From: Tubulanus polymorphus
Taxonomy: Eukaryota > Animalia > Nemertea
Reading direction: 5' to 3'
Assembly (NCBI RefSeq): GCF_964204645.1
Contig: NC_134036.1
Span: 11,015,859-11,079,858 of the forward strand
DNA length: 64,000 bases
Positions 62,143 through 64,000 of the stretch are shown here, one piece after another. A program made the translations under genes and the position numbers. Each line of letters starts with the position of its first letter. Within the stretch, counting starts at the first letter, position 1. Under the pieces are notes generated by a model. It worked only from the letters and a program-made list of their open reading frames with translations. It was not told where the DNA came from and ran no database searches.

Positions 62143-63895
62143 GTCTCGAGCGGAATTAATGCGTCGATCGCTCGAAATTGCTTCGTGAAGTTACCACCTC
62201 TGCCAAAAGTGGCGTGCGTATCGGTCCGACTGATTGGACCGCGCGCAGCCGTCTGGCGCACATCAGTCCCCATATCAACGGATACTTTTTGGCTTCAAAT
62301 TCTGAAAATAACTTCTCCCGAGTCTCTCCGAATTTTCGAGGCCGTACCACAAGTCGATCGATTTTTTTCCAAAAAAAAAAATTATTGTTCAGTGCTCACC
62401 GGTGCGTTAAGTCGCGATTTTCGGCATATAACCTAGAACAAAAAATACAGCCGTTACAAAATCGTTTCGCGTGCACATGGCTTGTGACGGTGAATTTCTC
62501 ATGGAGCCACGTTCATTGGTCAGGTCCGGGGTTTAGGCTCACTATTTCAAAGCCAATAAGGTAGGTCCCTGTTTCTATTTGCTAAAAACGTTCGGTTCAG
62601 CAGTAAGTTCATAACGTACGTTGAGTGCGTTAATACATGAATCTAGTTTTACGCAGGCACTCGCGCATTCTCGCGTGAGTGGTTGCTATACCGGCAGGTG
62701 TAGTTCAGTTCTTTGATGACACCTGCAAAAGAAAAATCAATGAATGTATGTGAAAAACTGATATTTGGGTCTTTTCGGCAATTTTTGTCCAACTTGGCCA
62801 CGAAAAATCGAACAACATCACAAGCACGTGTATAGGAAACGTGAGGAAAAGTCTGGTGCATTTTGATATAACCGTTGCGGATATTCAGCATGAATTCAGG
62901 TAAGCCGGCACTAGACTGTTAAACTATTCAAAACATGATCATTGAAATGCGATGTGCATTCAAGCATGCAGCGGGCTAAAAAATTGAATTGAAATTCAGC
63001 TAGCTTCAGTTGATGCTGATCGGTGTCTAATCCTGCGTGATAAGTCGATGTTCCAGGTGGTATTTCGTTGCCAACTTGCAGAATGGTGACGCACATAATA
63101 TCAAAATACATAGATGAAAGAGACATTAAAAAACAATGACTTAACTTAAAATACCGGATCCCTAGTACATCTAACTGCATTCGGCTGATGTACGTTCACT
63201 TTTCGCTTGTCTGTTGATCTGGAGGTTGACAGTTTGAACGGTTTGATCTATTTTTGATGATTAGGATTTACTGTTCCGTTCACAGATACAATGTCAGTAG
63301 ACCTATTGCAGGCAGCCTTAAACGTCTACGAATCTCGTTCCACGTTTGTTGGATACGGTAGTAGCATACGCATCGATCGTGTACTCACGGGGAGGTACAG
63401 CGACATATTGCGATCGCTTTTTTTGTTTGTTGTCCGTGTGTCCATTCCGACCCGTCGAGGGAATCGAGTAATTTGCAGCGTTCTGGAAACGATTTATTGG
63501 TGTTAATTCCCCGTATATATTTCTACAGGCTACATTACTCTGAATTGTCGTTTACTGCGGTGTTGTGGTTAAATGTGTGGATTATTTGTGTCATCTGTCA
63601 ATGATTATCATCCAATTTTTCACTGGTCTACTTGCCTGGATCTTCTCTATTGTGGCCATCGCTCTGTTTTGTGCAGTGTCCTATTACCCCTATGACATAT
63701 AATCTGCCCTCATCACCCTTATGATACATGTCTATTATTCCTTTGCATATAGCATGCCTGCTATAAATATCTACGGCTTTTAGACATATGAAATGCATAT
63801 TACCTTAAGAATCCTTGTAATGCAGAAATGTGATTTTGAGACAACGTCCTGTCATTCAATGCATGCTTTCTCACGACTTATATTTCCATTCACGT
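62143..63895 (+). repeat. Interspersed repeat copy 2 (uninterrupted)
   Basis: Matches 47320-47670 followed by 55190-57215. Confidence 0.85.
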
Positions 63896-64000
63896 GCATG
63901 ATACTCAGTGAATGAAGACATTTTCTCGACTCGCTCTGATAGAATTAATCATATTGAAAATGATTTTTCAGCCATTAAAGACGCTGGCGCTGACGGGATC

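Noticed and set aside
61056-62564. ORFs at 61056, 61067, 61996 and 62178
   Set aside because: Derived from the microsatellite or the non-coding interspersed repeat; not conserved as ORFs in the other repeat copy

Overview
Eukaryotic (invertebrate-like, AT-rich, spliceosomal introns) genomic DNA dominated by two unrelated, decayed Polinton/Maverick (adintovirus-like) elements that are physically interleaved. Element A (~7.7-22 kb, plus fragments at ~0.1, 23.1-23.7, 34.0-34.4 and 43.6-43.8 kb) is very AT-rich and intronless. It carries pPolB, penton, a membrane-protein block, major capsid protein, packaging ATPase, rve integrase and HNH nuclease. Almost every gene starts within a poxvirus-late-type T-run/TAAATG motif, and the terminus carries a ~147-bp hairpin with a pox-early-like AAAAAATGAAAAA motif. 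Element B (from 24167; 5'-AGTAGT terminus) is richer in GC and looks nuclear. It has ETS/CRE/YY1 motifs at its end, a polB whose N-terminus is built from spliced exons carrying 7 zinc fingers, and its own TBP, tandem PC4 and RING genes, besides ATPase, integrase, capsid and protease remnants. Reversing a single ~9.6-kb block (34.0-43.6 kb) restores the gene order of both elements. Other content: a three-exon gene for a secreted inhibitor-cystine-knot peptide missed by the ORF track (3.9-5.6 kb, minus strand), a near-intact Tx1/L1 retrotransposon with a 2.5-kb 3' tail, a MULE-type MITE with 9-bp TSD, a Helentron-like element with CTCF-motif repeats, and small palindromes. All protein calls rest on motif recognition by eye. 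Many frameshifts lie in homopolymers, so some may be assembly errors.
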